64,000 nucleotides of DNA, from NCBI GenBank assembly GCA_016839705.1, contig JAEOTR010000044.1, forward strand, positions 1 through 64,000. The letters run 5' to 3'. The translations under genes were made by a program, and so were the position numbers. Of this stretch, positions 31,401 through 41,551 are shown one piece after another. Origin of the DNA: Promethearchaeota archaeon (GTDB lineage Archaea > Asgardarchaeota > Lokiarchaeia > Sigyniarchaeales > SOKP01). Numbering within the stretch: the stretch's first letter is position 1; the number at the start of each line of letters is the position of its first letter. A model generated the notes under the pieces. That model ran no database searches. It was not told where the DNA came from and was given only the letters and a program-made list of their open reading frames with translations.

Positions 31401-33432
31401 TGCAATCAACTTTACTTTACATTATACAGATGCGATAACAGGAGCTGGAATTTCCAATTTAAAAACTCAATATTACATTTGGGAAAGTTATGATCAAGCA
31501 GGGAATGTAAATGAAACGGGGCAAGGGGATATATTCTCTACTATAGATAATACTTATATAGTAAATTTCAACACAGAAAATAGAAGTGTTGGAGAATATC
31601 TACTTATTGTCATTCTAGATAAAGAGAATTATGATTACAAGAATGCGATGATTCTTCTATCTATTATAAAAAGAGATTTCAATTATATATTAAGTGAAAA
31701 TATTCAAGATAAACAAATTAACGTCGTTCAAGGTAAGAGTATTCCAATAGAATTAACATTATTAGATCCTACCAAAGGAGATATTTTTGTGCTTAATGCG
31801 ACCATAGAGCTAATAATTAGTGGTAATACTTATAAATTCGATTATGATGCAAATGGAACATACATCTTTAATTTTCCAACAAATAATATAGATGCATTTT
31901 TCTCTTCAAAGACTCTTAGAGGGATCATAAAAATATCTAAACAAGATTATAACTCGATAGAAGTATCAATTACGATCGTTGTTGAGATGGAAGAAATTTT
32001 TCCGGGAATTCCGACATTTTATTTCTTACTGATTACATCTATTTTAGTTGCTCTAATAGGTAGTATTGTAGGCTATAGAGTTTATCAGAATGCAAAAATA
32101 CCTTCTTTTGTAAAGAAAGTTAGAGCAATGAAAAAATCCATTAAAGGAGATAAAAGCGTAGCTGATTCCCTTATTTATCGCGATAAAGAAGTGTTTATAG
32201 GGGAAATATTAAAAAATGATTGGGATCGACTTGGTTTATCAATAGAAGAAATCTTTGGGATAGCTCTCGAAAAAGAAAAGAAGAAAAGAATTTCAAAAAA
32301 TCGACTTTCCAAAATAACAAGAGAACATGATAATAAACCTCTTGGATTAATATTGATGAAATGGGATGAGAGAATCGGTACTGAAATTATAGTCAGATAT
32401 CCAGCAGAGATCAAAATTTCGGAAAAAACTCTAATGCAAATATATAGCACTCATGAATATAGTGGGGAAAGAGGAGTAATCACATTAACAGCCGAAGCAG
32501 CTAATATTATATCATACTACAGTGGCCCCGAAGAAGGGTATTATCTACTCTTAATTTTGAACTTAGATGATGATCCTGATGTTTATGAAGGAGGTTTAGT
32601 AGAGACATTAAGAATTCTTTTAGAAAATATCACCGATGAATCTTATATGAATTTAATACCCTCCCTTTTCCAGAGAATATCTTTATATCCATCACTCACT
32701 TATGAGGAAATTCTTGCTGTTACATACCAAAATAAAATTAAGCGTTCGATTATAAACCTCTTGAAAGATGATGGTGTTGTGCTTAAATCTGAGCTAATAA
32801 TCTGGCTTAAAGACAAATTTGTCTATGGTTTTTTTGATTTAGAAACAATTTTAAGTGAATTGATTAAACTCGATATTCTGAAGGTAAGTTCCATTAAAGA
32901 TGTACCATCTGAGCTTATCTTCCTTACTAATGATATTTTTCTGGTTAGAGTTCCGCCTCTCAAATTACTTGATAAACCTGCTAGTTATGGCTTACCAACT
33001 CAATTTACCAAAGAATATCCTAAAGATGTTAGAAATTTCTTTGAAACGTATCAACCAACAGAAGAAGATAACATAAAAATAGCTGAAGTCTTATCTAATC
33101 CACAAGTTTATGAAACTCTAAGACTACTAAGAGATGCTATTGTTACAAGAGAAGACCTTGAGAAACTTAGGAAAAAAGGAGTAGACGATATTTACAGTGT
33201 TTTAAAAATTCTCTGGGATAATAAGATAATAAAAGTCTATCATGATGAAAAAAATGTTGAATACTACGCCCTTATCACAGATCTTTATACTGATTTCATT
33301 TTTCCAAAATACTTAATGAAAACTATTAAATCTGCATATGACACAAAATCAAAAGTTAAAAAATCCCTAGTTGAGTATCTTAATATCCTAGAAGAATCTT
33401 ACTTCAAATTGAAGTCTTCCAAGAAAGAATAA
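25411..33432 (+). CDS. Giant type-I membrane protein A: 3x DUF2341+LamG modules, beta-rich stalk, TM, cytoplasmic longin/DENN-like domain
   Basis: N-terminal hydrophobic helix; three YKTITID...DGDDIAF...WV.IP...MYYGN...GVWH...DEVR..WI.TEY.NQ modules; TM 32011-32076; cytoplasmic KPLGLILMKWDERIGTEI. Confidence 0.85.
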   Translation: MKFYRKTLKRKLKLSSILLFLLIVPIILNASLFNIFHFKEFNEEENSFDIKETPRLNAPPNADHFTSYKTITIDHNKVAGSSTYPNFPVFISITDPDLKTDVQPDGDDIAFSVENTWVDHEIELFDQAFNPTHARLMAWVRIPSLSGITDTVIRMYYGNSTTSSRQNPDGVWENNYRGVWHLNEQIGGSDAIIDSTAYSNDGTDINSPNLGQNGQIYNSIGFTDASGQRIQASDDSSLDISNQLTVEAWINPTVVFEWSTIVSKMDGAWGSGDVSNFDIYVAISDLGNFYIGLSNPSDIWDEWYSPVSVSTGTWQHFVFTYQSSTSMGRIFVNGAFMSEHDFGIGTLGTNGNPLYIGFNRGWTGEVFDGLIDEVRISSIPRSSGWINTEYVNQNDPDTFYTVGAEQVVSSDPPNAHYFTYYKTITIDQTQVVGSGSHVNFPVLISFVDNDLKYHAQPDGDDIAFSISGDWLNHEIELFDQSYSSTQAQLVAWVQIPYLSTSKNTTFTMYYGNSTMTSQENPSGVWNSNYVGVWHLNENPGGTVYDSTSYNNDGTTLGSMDTSDLVLCKVGKGYELDGVNDIISVSDSTSLDTVNDEGTLSLWLNWVDPSAGRYQRVMTTSNRFELNPTPPPTYLQTDGFEWAVQPDGDHFFYPYGGNSINYNLATNPFTNNYWHYVVVTLKFSTKTVKIYLDGTSLSFSIENVPSQWLVLANLEDWLWGGDTVTTGSQFEGKFDEIRVSNVERSANWITTEYNNQFDPSLFYTVGSEQLVSEQPSDVENFNYYKIITIDHTKVNGTGSHLNFPLLISILDSDLKYDVQNDGDDIAFSMDGKWLDHQIEQFNQSYSGTHARLITWVRVPFLSTAFESQIRMYYGNSTINSRQNPMGVWLSDYAGVWHLNEDPSGVPLQIKDSALPASDGATYGSMTSSDQVPGIIGGALDFDGVNDYVDFGNPGEMQITGEITVQAWLKVDYIGNDYLIVKSGEPGFRGWDISFDDDPGIAPDGWIMFRYSPDGSNTVITGYERVKINQWYHVVGVFKPNEYSKLFLNGTQVAIRTAGVSPSMNDPSLPLRIARRSDASTSYVNGIVDEVRVSTIARSNDWIVSEYSNQYDPSTFYSVGPEQSIKILPFVDAQINAIDLYNNLLPNVTISVYQFTQLMDRSITDINGSVLFSNLIEGEYNFTASIYSDIANVTEIVNVTLGAISLNQSFQTVDLICNVTSHFFELLDTDASPLESGWIMVGNDTHILKQCIIDPTGHTTFWWVDAPPSEYNYTVYYSNAFYNPSTLTLASGDITTENDTIYIQIGLTTVDFLVQTITQPITPVSGAKLILTVGDPLGASIANLTTDINGQTTLRWLNSSGIGGDYCVQIEFFGVNRLFNDTIGPASVYNYSFTVNNRDSIEFRMSIDLNKFQTELISLNPSDYIEIEWGTVLKLRTLFNVSKVEAGYESLLGPEYADIMTFEMLYGGISLFSGVFEKEVGNEGRHYVSIDTHDMDSDTSYIIIISAQKSGYSIPSSLILQLDVLEIDVELNQSDNDNSATSVYWSDIADMTLKSYGVNSETLTIENALFQDVDHNFSFLISDVTNNWNLSTIIFNIYGISWNTDIININVTIEDPYSVSHVYNSSNHLGWDYNRSLWTGITLDLNKASQTNDNNFEFKISGTFDGTVDVVVDAYCIRDSLSVRYSKFNVSDSISLESKSEGWAIKDIIFEVSNCYYTSNWSTVDLSSLTNLNFTTNEGFSYSLDTGYSNGTGVLTIDDRFIYPILNQFLFTIDSEFDILFNAIIKVGYVQGFYLNQIFETFNFTSAKQGIANGGIFQLSANENSWTEQEADLWITGIKTGLTYVYPSDVGMSITIGGQSYSIYDYSLGVGKISITGLTKNQLYQADIDYSSAANFSLLLSIENTRDISYEIVSSLSYVIVEEPSIFGTVQYNQQLQYYLKILDTFLLDADEYTVRFSITKEHYITTTKDLNLLVLNRPTLLNGSTEFFRKIEFIYVKDAINFTLHYTDAITGAGISNLKTQYYIWESYDQAGNVNETGQGDIFSTIDNTYIVNFNTENRSVGEYLLIVILDKENYDYKNAMILLSIIKRDFNYILSENIQDKQINVVQGKSIPIELTLLDPTKGDIFVLNATIELIISGNTYKFDYDANGTYIFNFPTNNIDAFFSSKTLRGIIKISKQDYNSIEVSITIVVEMEEIFPGIPTFYFLLITSILVALIGSIVGYRVYQNAKIPSFVKKVRAMKKSIKGDKSVADSLIYRDKEVFIGEILKNDWDRLGLSIEEIFGIALEKEKKKRISKNRLSKITREHDNKPLGLILMKWDERIGTEIIVRYPAEIKISEKTLMQIYSTHEYSGERGVITLTAEAANIISYYSGPEEGYYLLLILNLDDDPDVYEGGLVETLRILLENITDESYMNLIPSLFQRISLYPSLTYEEILAVTYQNKIKRSIINLLKDDGVVLKSELIIWLKDKFVYGFFDLETILSELIKLDILKVSSIKDVPSELIFLTNDIFLVRVPPLKLLDKPASYGLPTQFTKEYPKDVRNFFETYQPTEEDNIKIAEVLSNPQVYETLRLLRDAIVTREDLEKLRKKGVDDIYSVLKILWDNKIIKVYHDEKNVEYYALITDLYTDFIFPKYLMKTIKSAYDTKSKVKKSLVEYLNILEESYFKLKSSKKE
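26731..26956 (+). repeat. Near-identical DUF2341-coding segment, copy 1 (copy 2 at 34859-35084)
   Basis: Long nucleotide identities, e.g. gatggtgatgatattgctttttctatcagtggagattggttg and tagtagcctgggtacagattccttatctctctac. Confidence 0.85.
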
Positions 33433-33574
33433 ATGACAATTTTTTTTATGTTTTTTTACATTTAGCAATACTAGAATTTCAAACTTTAAATATAAATATA
33501 CGAATTTACTATTATTTTGTAAATACAATTTTATGTTTTGTATAATCTTATTTTATACATGAATTTGATCAAAA

Positions 33575-36500
33575 ATGAAGTCTAGGTATTATATTTCAAA
33601 AATTACTACAAAAAAAATTACGGCACTTATCTTTTTATTGTTCACATTAATAATCCCGATAATAATTAACTCACAGTTATTTTCAATTTCTCATGAGGGT
33701 GAGAAAGAAGATACAGATTTAACACCGAAATTAAATGCCCCTATTGATGCTCATCATTTTACTCAATTTAAAACTATAACCATTGATCATACTCAAGTTT
33801 CAGGAACAAGTGGGCTTATGAACTTTCCTTTTCTCATCTCGCTTTATGATGAGGATTTACGTGTCGATGTGCAATCTGATGGGGATGATATTGCTTTTTC
33901 TTCAAATAACCTTTGGTTAGACCATGAAATTGAGGTGTTTGAACAAACCTATAATGGAACACATGCTAAATTGGTTGTTTGGGTCAGGATTCCTGCCTTA
34001 TCAGTATCTAGTGATACAAATATTAGAATGTATTATGGTAATGCCACAATGAGTTCACGAGAAAATCCACAGGGAGTATGGGATAGCAATTATTATGCTG
34101 TATATCATATGAATCAAGACCCAAGCTCATCTTCTATTCTGGATAGTACTTCTAATAGTTATGATTTAACACCGGGTGCAGGTTTTACTTCTGGAGATCT
34201 TGTAGAGGGAACGATTGGCAAAGCTATACAATTCGGTGGAGTAAATACAGAATATTTAGAACTAACCTCTGGTTTTTCTAATCCAACAAGCGCGCTATCT
34301 CTTGAAATGTGGTTTAGGCCTCAATTATATGATACATATCAACGTTATTTCACAGCAAGATGGAGTTATCCCGATCTTCGGTTACAGACTTCCAATTTCA
34401 TTACCACTCGAATTCGGAATAATCTTGGAAATGTAAGTTCTACTGAAGGTCTCTTCAATGGTTGGACAGATCAATTTTATCATTTTGTTATGACCTGGCA
34501 AGGTGGAACAGTTGGGCATCAAAAGCATTATATTAACGGAACACTAAATAGAGATGATTATGATGCCGAAGCTTTAGGGACTTCCTCTTCTTGGACAGGC
34601 TTTAATCTCGGTTCAGATACAGACCACACTGATCCCATCGGTGGGATGATTGATGAATTTAGAATAACTTCCAATGTTCGTTCTTTAGATTGGTTTGAAA
34701 CGGAATTTAATAACCAATACAATCCGAATGCTTTTTATACTATTGGAGCGGAGCAAGAAGTCGTTTGGGATCCTCCGAATTCCCAATATTTCGCATATTA
34801 TAAACTTATTACAATCGATCATAATGAAGTAAGTGGTATTGGTGTCCATTATAATTTTCCAGTTTTAGTTTCTTTTATTGATAATGATTTGAAATATCAT
34901 GCTCAACCCGATGGTGATGATATTGCTTTTTCTATCAGTGGAGATTGGTTGGATCATGAAATTGAGCTATTTGATCAATCTTATAGTAGCACACAAGCTC
35001 AATTAGTAGCCTGGGTACAGATTCCTTATCTCTCTACAAGTGAAAATACAACAATCACAATGTATTATGGTAATTCAACTATGAGTTCACAACAAAATCC
35101 AACCGGAGTCTGGGGCAGTAATTATATAGCTGTATGGCATATGAATCAAGATCCGTCATCCTCTAACATTTTAGATAGTACTTCAAATAATTATGATTTA
35201 ACAACGAGTGGATTTTCTAGTGATACACGCTTTAATGATGGAAAGGTGGGAACAGCAATTTCCGTTGATGGAATTAACGATAGATTTGGAATAGCTAGTA
35301 TTAACGGCCCGGTAAATGACTTAACATTTCAATCATGGTTTACACCTGATAATACTATAGCCTCGGGAAGCCCACAGATGGATCTTTTTGGGGGCAATAG
35401 TCTTTCGAGTAATCATCCTACAATGAGATTTACTACCAGTGGAACAGTTAATGTTTTTTTAGAGGTAACTTCAGATTCTAGTGAAGGTTCTTATGGTGTT
35501 AAAAATTCATGGGCTGCTGGTTCATGGTTTCATTTTACTTATGGAAGGTCTATGAGTTTGTCAAGAGCATATCATTACATAGATGGAATACAAGATGTGC
35601 TTGATACTGGTTCTGATAATGGTTATCCACACTTACCTTGGGATCAATTTTCAATATTAGCCAGTATCGATGGGTCAAGAATTTGGGGTCCAGGAGCAAT
35701 CTCAGAGTTTAGAATTCTAAAAACTGCTCTTTCGGGTGATTGGATATTAACAGAATACAATAATCAATATGATCCAAACTCTTTCTATACTATCGGGAGT
35801 GAGCAGCTTGTGTCTGAACAACCTTCGGATGTGGGAAATTTCGCCTATTACAAAATAATTACGATTGATCACACTCAAGTCAATGGAATGGGTAGTCATG
35901 TAAATTTTCCATTTTTGGTTTCACTTCTTGATACAGATTTACGTTTTGATGTACAAACTGATGGTGATGATATTGCTTTTTCTACGGAAGGTCAATGGTT
36001 AGATCATCAAATAGAATTATTTGATCAACCCTACAATGATACTCATGCTCAATTAATTGCATGGGTCCGTATCCCTTTTCTATCTACAGTAGAGGATACG
36101 GAAATTACTATGCACTATGGAAATTCCACTATGAATTCACGCCAAAATCCTACAGGTGTTTGGCCAGATTACAAAGCGGTTTGGCATTTTAATGAACCTA
36201 CTGGAACGGGAGATTATATAAAAGATTCAACTGAAAATGATTATGATGGAACTCCATTCGGTACACAATTTTTAGATTCAGGACAAATCGATGGATCAAG
36301 ATCTTTCTCAGGTGCTGGTGATGATAGGGTTGTTATAAATCAGGGATCTGAGTTTTTCAACGGAGATAATTCGTTTACCTTTTCTTTTTGGATATATCCA
36401 AACTACCAATCAGATGCAGAATGGGAATCAATGACAGATCGTTATGTGTTTTCTAAAACATCATCCGTTAGGATGGCACGTCTTTGGCGTCAGAGCTTTC

Positions 36501-39500
36501 TTGGCCCCGGGGAAGGAAGATTTCAAGCAGATATTCAATTTGCGACATATGGTACTACCTATAGTAATGTGGCAGTTTATCGGCAAGAGTGGACTTATGT
36601 TACATATTCCTATGATGGAAATTACCTAAGGGCATATAGAAACGACCAATTAGTAATTTCAACGAATATTGGAGGATTTCCTTTAATTACAGATTCAAGT
36701 ACATTCTATTTCGGTAGGTTTAATAGCTTTAAAGGATATTTAGACGAATTTCATGTATTGAATACTTACCGATCTGATGGATGGGTTGCCACGGAGTATT
36801 ATAACCAATTTAATCCTACTACATTTTTCGATATCAGTGAAGAACATTATTCTAAACCAATTGTAGAAGTTGATGTTCTAATTAATGCTGTTGATTTATA
36901 TGTTAATTTATTGCCCAATGTAACAATTTCTATGTATCAATATACAGATTTAATTGAAACAGATATTACGAGTATTGATGGGACAGTTAGTTTTACTGAT
37001 ATCACTGCAGGAGAGTATAATTTTACAGCATCAATCTATTCAGAAATCGCAAATGTAACTGAAATAGTAAACATCACATTAAACGCAATCCAACTTAATC
37101 AATCCTTTCAGACGATTGATTTAATCTGCAATGTAACTAGCCATTTCTTCGAAGTAGTAGATATCGATGGTAGTCCTCTAGAGTCAGGATGGATTATGGT
37201 TGGAAATGATACACAAATTTTCAAACAATGTAACATAGATCCAACGGGACATACAACGTTTTGGTGGGTAGATACACCGCCTTCCCAATATAACTATACC
37301 GTTTATTATAGTAATGCTTTTTATAATCCCTCGATTCTCATGCTTGCTTCAGGGGATATTACAACGGAAAATGATTCAATTAATATTCAAGTAGAATTAA
37401 CAACTGTAGATATTTTAGTGCAAACCATTGACGCACCAATTACCCCTGTTAGTGGAGCCAAGATCAAATTAACCGTTGATGATCCACTAGGTGCAAGCAT
37501 TGTTAATTTAACCACTGATATAAATGGACAAGCGACCATAAGATGGTTAAATTCATCAGGGATAGGCGGAGATTACTGCGTTCAAATTGAATTTTTTGGA
37601 GTGAATAGGTTGTTTAATCAAACTGCTGGAGGACCTGCTGCTGTGTATAATTTCACTTTTACGGTGATTAATAAACAATCTCGTGAGTTTAGAATGGCGA
37701 TTGATCTGAACAAATTTCAAACTGAAATAATCTCGTTAAATCCTACTGATTATATTGAAATTGAATGGGGTTCAATAATAAAGCTTAGGACATTATTCAA
37801 CGTTAGTAAAGTGGAAAGTGGTTATGAGTCTCTTTTAGGATCAACTTATGCAGATTTAATGACATATAATATGTTATTGGCTGGTGAAATAGTTCAGTCA
37901 GGAACGTTTTTAGAGGAAGATGGAAATGTAGGTAGATATTCTGTAAATATAGACACAAAGCAAATGGATAGTGATGAGAATTATCTCTTAATTATCTCAG
38001 CTTATAAATCTGGATTCACGATTCCTTCAGATCTAATACTACAATTAAATATCCTGAAAAATAACTTAGAGTTGAGTCAATCCAACAAAGATGATTCCGC
38101 GTTAACAAGCTATTGGTTAGAGAGTGTTAACATGACATTAAAATCTTATGGTGTAAATTCTGAGACTCTTACGATAGAAAATGCCCTTTTTCAAAGTGTT
38201 GATCATGAATTTAACTTCCTAGTTTCTGATGTTAAAAATAATTGGAACCTTTCTAAAATCGTCTTTAATATTTATGATATCTCATGGAATACAAATATTA
38301 CTAATATTAATATTACAATTGAAGATCCTTATGGATCTTTTGCTTATACTTTTGATAACAATTCTGGTGGTTGGGATTACACTCAAGGTACATGGACAGG
38401 AATTACTTTAGATTTAAATAAAGCAAGTCAAACTAATGATAATAATTTTGAATTTAGAATAAGTGGTACTTTTGACGGAACTGTAGATATTGTTGTGGAT
38501 GCATATTGTATAAGAGATTCACTTAATGTAAAATATTCAAAATTCAATGTTAGTAGTGAAATCCCTATTTTATCAGAAACAGAAGGATGGGCAATAAAAA
38601 ATATCACATTCGAGCTATCTGATTGTTATTATACCTCTAATTGGAGTACTGTAGATCTAAATCTCATAAACTTAAATTTTACCACAAACGAGGGTTTCAT
38701 ATATTCACTAGATGCGGGATATCCTAATGGATCTGGCATTTTAAATATTGATGATAGATTCATTTATCCAATATCAAATCAATTCTTATTTACTATTGAT
38801 ACGGAGTTTGATGTAATCTTCAATACAATCATTACAATTGAATATGTTCAAGAATTTTATGTAAACCAGATTTTTGAAACATTTAATCTCAGTAAAACAA
38901 GTCAAGGAATTGCAAATGGAGGGATTTTCAAATTGAGTGCCAATGAGAATAGTTGGAATGAACAAGAATCGAACCTTTGGATTACAGGAATCAAAAGTGG
39001 ATCAACGTATTTCTATCCTTCAGATATATCAATGACTATTACCATCGGAGGGCAAACCTATAATATTTTAGATTATTCTCAAGGAACTGGAAGATTCTCT
39101 TTAGTGGGATTTACGAAAAATCAAATCCACCAAGCAACTATTGATACCTCTACCCCAGTAGATTTTAGCCTATCGTTATCAATTGAATATCAAAGAGAAT
39201 TGTCATATGAAATTATAAATTCATTATCATATATTATTATAGAAAAACCTTCCATAACCGGGACAGTTCAATATGATGCTCAGTTAGAATATTACCTAAA
39301 AACCATTGATACTTCACCACTTGATGCTGATGAATATACTGTAAGATTCTCTATAATGAAAGAAAATTATATTTCAACTACAAAAGATTTAGAATTATAC
39401 GTGCTTAATCGTCCAACACTACTTAATGGCTCTTCAGAATTTTTCAGAAAAATTGAAAACATTTATGTTAAAGATGCTGTAAATTTTACCTTGGAATATA

Positions 39501-41512
39501 CTGATGTGTTAAGTGGGAACAAAATAACAAATTTAAGAGCTCAATATTATATTTGGGAAAGTTATGATCAAAACGGTAATGTAATTGATAGTGATCAAGG
39601 AGATATCATTTCTACATTAGACAACACTTACATCTTGGATTTTAACACAGAAACAAGGTCAGTTGGAGAATATTTATTAGTAATCACAATTGATAAAGAT
39701 AATTATGACTGGAAGAATGGTATGATTCTTCTTACTGTTAATAAGCGAATACTAAACTACTCTTTAGGACTTAATTTTAAAGATTTTAAATCTAGTGTTG
39801 TTAAAGGGAAACCTGTTACAATAAACGTTTCCTTGACTGATCCTACACAGGGGGGAATCTCGTTAGTTAATGCAACTGTTAAATTGACAATTAGTGGTAA
39901 TACTTATGAGTTTGAACCGTATTCAGTGAATGAAACCGGAGTTTATACATTTGAACTACCAACAGATAATATTAATACTTTCTTCAGTTCTAAAACTCTA
40001 ACCGGAATTATAAATATCACAAGAGAGGATTATATTTCTGAAGAATTTACAATTATTATTGTGGTTGAAATGGAGCAGATCTTTTTTGGGATACCTACGT
40101 TTTATTTCATTTTGGGCTTATCTGTCATAATTGCCTTAGTTGGTAGTATTGTGGGATATAGAATTTATCAGAACGCAATAATTCCTACGTTTGTAAAAAG
40201 AGTAAGAGAAATGAAAAAGGCAATACAAAAGAGTAAAATCATATCAGAATCAATTTTATATCCTAACAAAAATGCTTTCGTTGCAGAAAGAGTAAATCAC
40301 AAGTGGGAAAAACTTGGCTTATCATTAGGGGAAATTATCGATACTGGGGGATATCGAATCAAAAAAATATCAAAAAAAGAAAAAAGAATAGCTGAAACGG
40401 TAAAAGAACACGAATTAAAACCTATAGGATTAGTAATAATGAAATGGGATGAAAGAATCGGAACAGAAATATTAGCTAAATATCCTGAAGAAACTTTTAT
40501 TTCAGAAAAGACTTTAATGCAGATATATAGCACACATGAGTATAGTGGAGATAAAGGTATAATAGTCCTTTCTGCTGGTACTTTGAATATTATTTCCTAT
40601 TATTCTGGACCAGAGATAAGTTATTATCTTCTTTTGATCTTAGATTTAGACGATGATCCAGACCTTTATGAAGGAGGAATGGCAGATACATTAAGAATTC
40701 TTATGGAAAACATTGAAGATGATTCCTATAAACAGCTAATGCCTTCTCTTTTCCGACGTTTATCCCTCATTCCATCTCTTAGTGACGAAGAACTACTTAC
40801 TCATAGTTATCAAGATGAAATAAAACGTATGCTCATAGATAATTTAAGAGATATTGGTTTGGTAACAAAATCAGAACTAACTGTGTGGCTTAGAGATAAG
40901 TTCCTTGAAGTATTCATCGATTTAGATGCGACGCTTTCTGAAATGTTAAAGAAAGAATTCATAAAACAAGTATCTGTGAAGGGTTTACCATCAGAATTAA
41001 TAGTTTTAATAAATGATATATTTATGCTTAGAATACCCCCAGTAGACTTATATGAAGATCCCGTGAATCGAGGTTTACCATTACAATTCAGGAAGGAATA
41101 TTTAGCAGAAGTTAAACAATTTTTCCAAAGTTATCATCCAACGAATGCAGATAATTTACAGATTATGAAGATTTTCAATAATCCTGATGTGTATCACATT
41201 CTAAGATTATTGAGAACTACAATTGTGACAAGACAAGAACTTGAAAAATTACGAAAGAAAGGCGTGGGAGACATCTATGCGGCGTTAAAACTGTTGTTTG
41301 ATGCTAGAATGATAAAAATTTTCCAAGATGAAAATAATAATGAGTATTATGCCCTTCTCTCTGATTTTTATATAGATTTAATTTTTCCAAAGTATCTCTT
41401 AGGGATAATTAAAGCAATTTATGAACAGAAATCTATAGCAAATAGAGCATTGATTGAATATCTCCAAATTCTTGAAGATACGTACTATAACTTAAAATCA
41501 AAGAAAAAATAA
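33575..41512 (+). CDS. Giant type-I membrane protein B, tandem paralog of A
   Basis: Same architecture; TM 40094-40159; KPIGLVIMKWDERIGTEI; stalk and cytoplasmic parts clearly similar to A. Confidence 0.85.
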   Translation: MKSRYYISKITTKKITALIFLLFTLIIPIIINSQLFSISHEGEKEDTDLTPKLNAPIDAHHFTQFKTITIDHTQVSGTSGLMNFPFLISLYDEDLRVDVQSDGDDIAFSSNNLWLDHEIEVFEQTYNGTHAKLVVWVRIPALSVSSDTNIRMYYGNATMSSRENPQGVWDSNYYAVYHMNQDPSSSSILDSTSNSYDLTPGAGFTSGDLVEGTIGKAIQFGGVNTEYLELTSGFSNPTSALSLEMWFRPQLYDTYQRYFTARWSYPDLRLQTSNFITTRIRNNLGNVSSTEGLFNGWTDQFYHFVMTWQGGTVGHQKHYINGTLNRDDYDAEALGTSSSWTGFNLGSDTDHTDPIGGMIDEFRITSNVRSLDWFETEFNNQYNPNAFYTIGAEQEVVWDPPNSQYFAYYKLITIDHNEVSGIGVHYNFPVLVSFIDNDLKYHAQPDGDDIAFSISGDWLDHEIELFDQSYSSTQAQLVAWVQIPYLSTSENTTITMYYGNSTMSSQQNPTGVWGSNYIAVWHMNQDPSSSNILDSTSNNYDLTTSGFSSDTRFNDGKVGTAISVDGINDRFGIASINGPVNDLTFQSWFTPDNTIASGSPQMDLFGGNSLSSNHPTMRFTTSGTVNVFLEVTSDSSEGSYGVKNSWAAGSWFHFTYGRSMSLSRAYHYIDGIQDVLDTGSDNGYPHLPWDQFSILASIDGSRIWGPGAISEFRILKTALSGDWILTEYNNQYDPNSFYTIGSEQLVSEQPSDVGNFAYYKIITIDHTQVNGMGSHVNFPFLVSLLDTDLRFDVQTDGDDIAFSTEGQWLDHQIELFDQPYNDTHAQLIAWVRIPFLSTVEDTEITMHYGNSTMNSRQNPTGVWPDYKAVWHFNEPTGTGDYIKDSTENDYDGTPFGTQFLDSGQIDGSRSFSGAGDDRVVINQGSEFFNGDNSFTFSFWIYPNYQSDAEWESMTDRYVFSKTSSVRMARLWRQSFLGPGEGRFQADIQFATYGTTYSNVAVYRQEWTYVTYSYDGNYLRAYRNDQLVISTNIGGFPLITDSSTFYFGRFNSFKGYLDEFHVLNTYRSDGWVATEYYNQFNPTTFFDISEEHYSKPIVEVDVLINAVDLYVNLLPNVTISMYQYTDLIETDITSIDGTVSFTDITAGEYNFTASIYSEIANVTEIVNITLNAIQLNQSFQTIDLICNVTSHFFEVVDIDGSPLESGWIMVGNDTQIFKQCNIDPTGHTTFWWVDTPPSQYNYTVYYSNAFYNPSILMLASGDITTENDSINIQVELTTVDILVQTIDAPITPVSGAKIKLTVDDPLGASIVNLTTDINGQATIRWLNSSGIGGDYCVQIEFFGVNRLFNQTAGGPAAVYNFTFTVINKQSREFRMAIDLNKFQTEIISLNPTDYIEIEWGSIIKLRTLFNVSKVESGYESLLGSTYADLMTYNMLLAGEIVQSGTFLEEDGNVGRYSVNIDTKQMDSDENYLLIISAYKSGFTIPSDLILQLNILKNNLELSQSNKDDSALTSYWLESVNMTLKSYGVNSETLTIENALFQSVDHEFNFLVSDVKNNWNLSKIVFNIYDISWNTNITNINITIEDPYGSFAYTFDNNSGGWDYTQGTWTGITLDLNKASQTNDNNFEFRISGTFDGTVDIVVDAYCIRDSLNVKYSKFNVSSEIPILSETEGWAIKNITFELSDCYYTSNWSTVDLNLINLNFTTNEGFIYSLDAGYPNGSGILNIDDRFIYPISNQFLFTIDTEFDVIFNTIITIEYVQEFYVNQIFETFNLSKTSQGIANGGIFKLSANENSWNEQESNLWITGIKSGSTYFYPSDISMTITIGGQTYNILDYSQGTGRFSLVGFTKNQIHQATIDTSTPVDFSLSLSIEYQRELSYEIINSLSYIIIEKPSITGTVQYDAQLEYYLKTIDTSPLDADEYTVRFSIMKENYISTTKDLELYVLNRPTLLNGSSEFFRKIENIYVKDAVNFTLEYTDVLSGNKITNLRAQYYIWESYDQNGNVIDSDQGDIISTLDNTYILDFNTETRSVGEYLLVITIDKDNYDWKNGMILLTVNKRILNYSLGLNFKDFKSSVVKGKPVTINVSLTDPTQGGISLVNATVKLTISGNTYEFEPYSVNETGVYTFELPTDNINTFFSSKTLTGIINITREDYISEEFTIIIVVEMEQIFFGIPTFYFILGLSVIIALVGSIVGYRIYQNAIIPTFVKRVREMKKAIQKSKIISESILYPNKNAFVAERVNHKWEKLGLSLGEIIDTGGYRIKKISKKEKRIAETVKEHELKPIGLVIMKWDERIGTEILAKYPEETFISEKTLMQIYSTHEYSGDKGIIVLSAGTLNIISYYSGPEISYYLLLILDLDDDPDLYEGGMADTLRILMENIEDDSYKQLMPSLFRRLSLIPSLSDEELLTHSYQDEIKRMLIDNLRDIGLVTKSELTVWLRDKFLEVFIDLDATLSEMLKKEFIKQVSVKGLPSELIVLINDIFMLRIPPVDLYEDPVNRGLPLQFRKEYLAEVKQFFQSYHPTNADNLQIMKIFNNPDVYHILRLLRTTIVTRQELEKLRKKGVGDIYAALKLLFDARMIKIFQDENNNEYYALLSDFYIDLIFPKYLLGIIKAIYEQKSIANRALIEYLQILEDTYYNLKSKKK
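34859..35084 (+). repeat. Near-identical DUF2341-coding segment, copy 2
   Basis: Matches 26731-26956 with only scattered substitutions. Confidence 0.85.
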
Positions 41513-41551
41513 AATAGATCTCAATTTTTTTCCTTTTTTTATATTATTTTT

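Noticed and set aside
25411-41512. Diversity-generating retroelement or CRISPR array explaining the repeats
   Set aside because: No reverse transcriptase, no adenine-specific TR/VR pair and no regularly spaced short repeats; the repeats are protein-domain duplications
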